Source: Chiloscyllium plagiosum (Eukaryota). Taken from it: DNA of 64,000 nt. This document shows, one piece after another, positions 62,840-64,000 of this stretch. Position numbers and translations under genes: made by a program. Below the pieces are notes generated by a model that saw nothing but the letters and a program-made list of their open reading frames with translations, made no database searches and was not told the origin of the DNA. Every line of letters starts with the position of its first letter. The first letter of the stretch is position 1. Location: positions 47,386,814 through 47,450,813 of the forward strand of contig NC_057719.1 of assembly GCF_004010195.1 (NCBI RefSeq). Reading direction: 5' to 3'.

Positions 62840-63150
62840 TTAGATTAGATTCCCTACAGTGTGGAAACAGGTCCTTCAGCTCAGGTCCACACTGACCCTC
62901 CAAAGAGCAATCTACCCAGACCCATTCCCCTACACTTACCCCATACCAATCCACCTGACACTACAGGCAATTTAGCATGGCCAATTCACTTAACCTGCAC
63001 ATCTTTGGACAGTGGGAGGAAACCGGAGCATCTGAAGGAAACCCATACAGACACTGGGAGAATATGCAAGCTCCACACAGTTGCCTGAGGCAGGAATTGA
63101 ACCCGGGTCCCTGGCGCTGAGAGGCAGCAGTGCTAAACGCTCGGGCCATT
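62840..63150 (-). mobile_element. HE1-like tRNA-derived SINE
   Basis: Reverse complement of 13596-13905 family; GGTTCAATTCC B box on minus strand; (TCTAA)n tail. Confidence 0.88.
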
Positions 63151-64000
63151 ATGTTATGGATTCTGGTGGAATAAAATTTTGCAGATGATCCTCAATGCCT
63201 TGATGAAAGTTCAAATCTATGCAGATAAATCCGTTCTGAATCTATTCCATTGCCTTTAATTGTGGCATATAGTAGATGAGGTACTGGGCCCTGCTCTCCA
63301 CAGGAGCAGCCACTGCACAGCTATTATCAGTGCAATCTAGAACTCATTCATGCTACACTACTTTTGTACTAAACTACACGAATGCATTCCCAGCAGGTCT
63401 ACGACATTCTACACTTGAGGTCATCCATGACTCGACTCATGTCTTAGACCAAGTGCCTTTCTCCACCACTGTACTTGTTGACTTGCTTTGGCTCATGATT
63501 TCTTGAGTTTTAAATTTCCATTTTTACTTTCAGGCTTCTATGGCCTTGGTTTTCCCTATGTGTTAATGGCTCCATCCTGCAACCCCTTGAGTTATCTATA
63601 ATTGACCCATTTTGATCACCCATGCACTTCTGACTTTGTGGCATCACCAAGGTGAAACAATTAATGAATGTGTTTGAGCTGGAGTCTTACTTTTGAGGTT
63701 GGTAGCTTGTCAGGAAATTTTTCAGCTCAGCTCCCCAACCTAAGGAATATGTGCTTTTCACTTCAGGGAGATAAAATAGAAATGAGTAACCAGAATGCTG
63801 TTTATGCTGTTTGGCATGCAAGTAGTCCTGTTTGGCACCTGCACCAGTTTGGCGCTTCATTTTTATGTATGCCTGGTATTACTTCTGGCATGCCCTCCTG
63901 AACTCTCCATGGAAACTGGCTTGATGGTAGTGGTTGAATGTGAGATATTGCAGACCATGAGGTTGCAATTGTGTTGGGAGTACAAATCTTCTGTTCGCCA

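Overview
Eukaryotic, repeat-rich vertebrate DNA, most likely from a shark or other cartilaginous fish (inferred from HE1-like tRNA SINEs and HER1/CR1 LINEs). The only host gene I can support is the 5' end of SAMD4A (Smaug homolog 1, + strand). It has a CpG-island promoter at ~20.0-21.1 kb, a probable non-coding exon 1 ending at 20259, and the first coding exon (21943-22469, CDS 22274-22469, 5' UTR with six upstream ATGs). A >41 kb intron follows and runs off the window. The rest is decayed mobile DNA: CR1 LINEs, several Penelope-like (PLE, GIY-YIG) families, SINEs, two solo LTRs and a Tc1/mariner-type non-autonomous element. The most striking signal is a set of short (50-300 bp), non-coding, mostly fold-back PLE-derived insertions with 10-16 bp target-site duplications that carry minimal hammerhead-ribozyme (HHR) motifs. 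One family has a U3-A8 covariant core, and one insertion ends exactly at the predicted self-cleavage site. Also notable are a near-perfect 140-bp inverted repeat in the SAMD4A intron and a tandem array of tRNA-like units. All calls were made by eye with no database searches; boundaries of old repeats are approximate.
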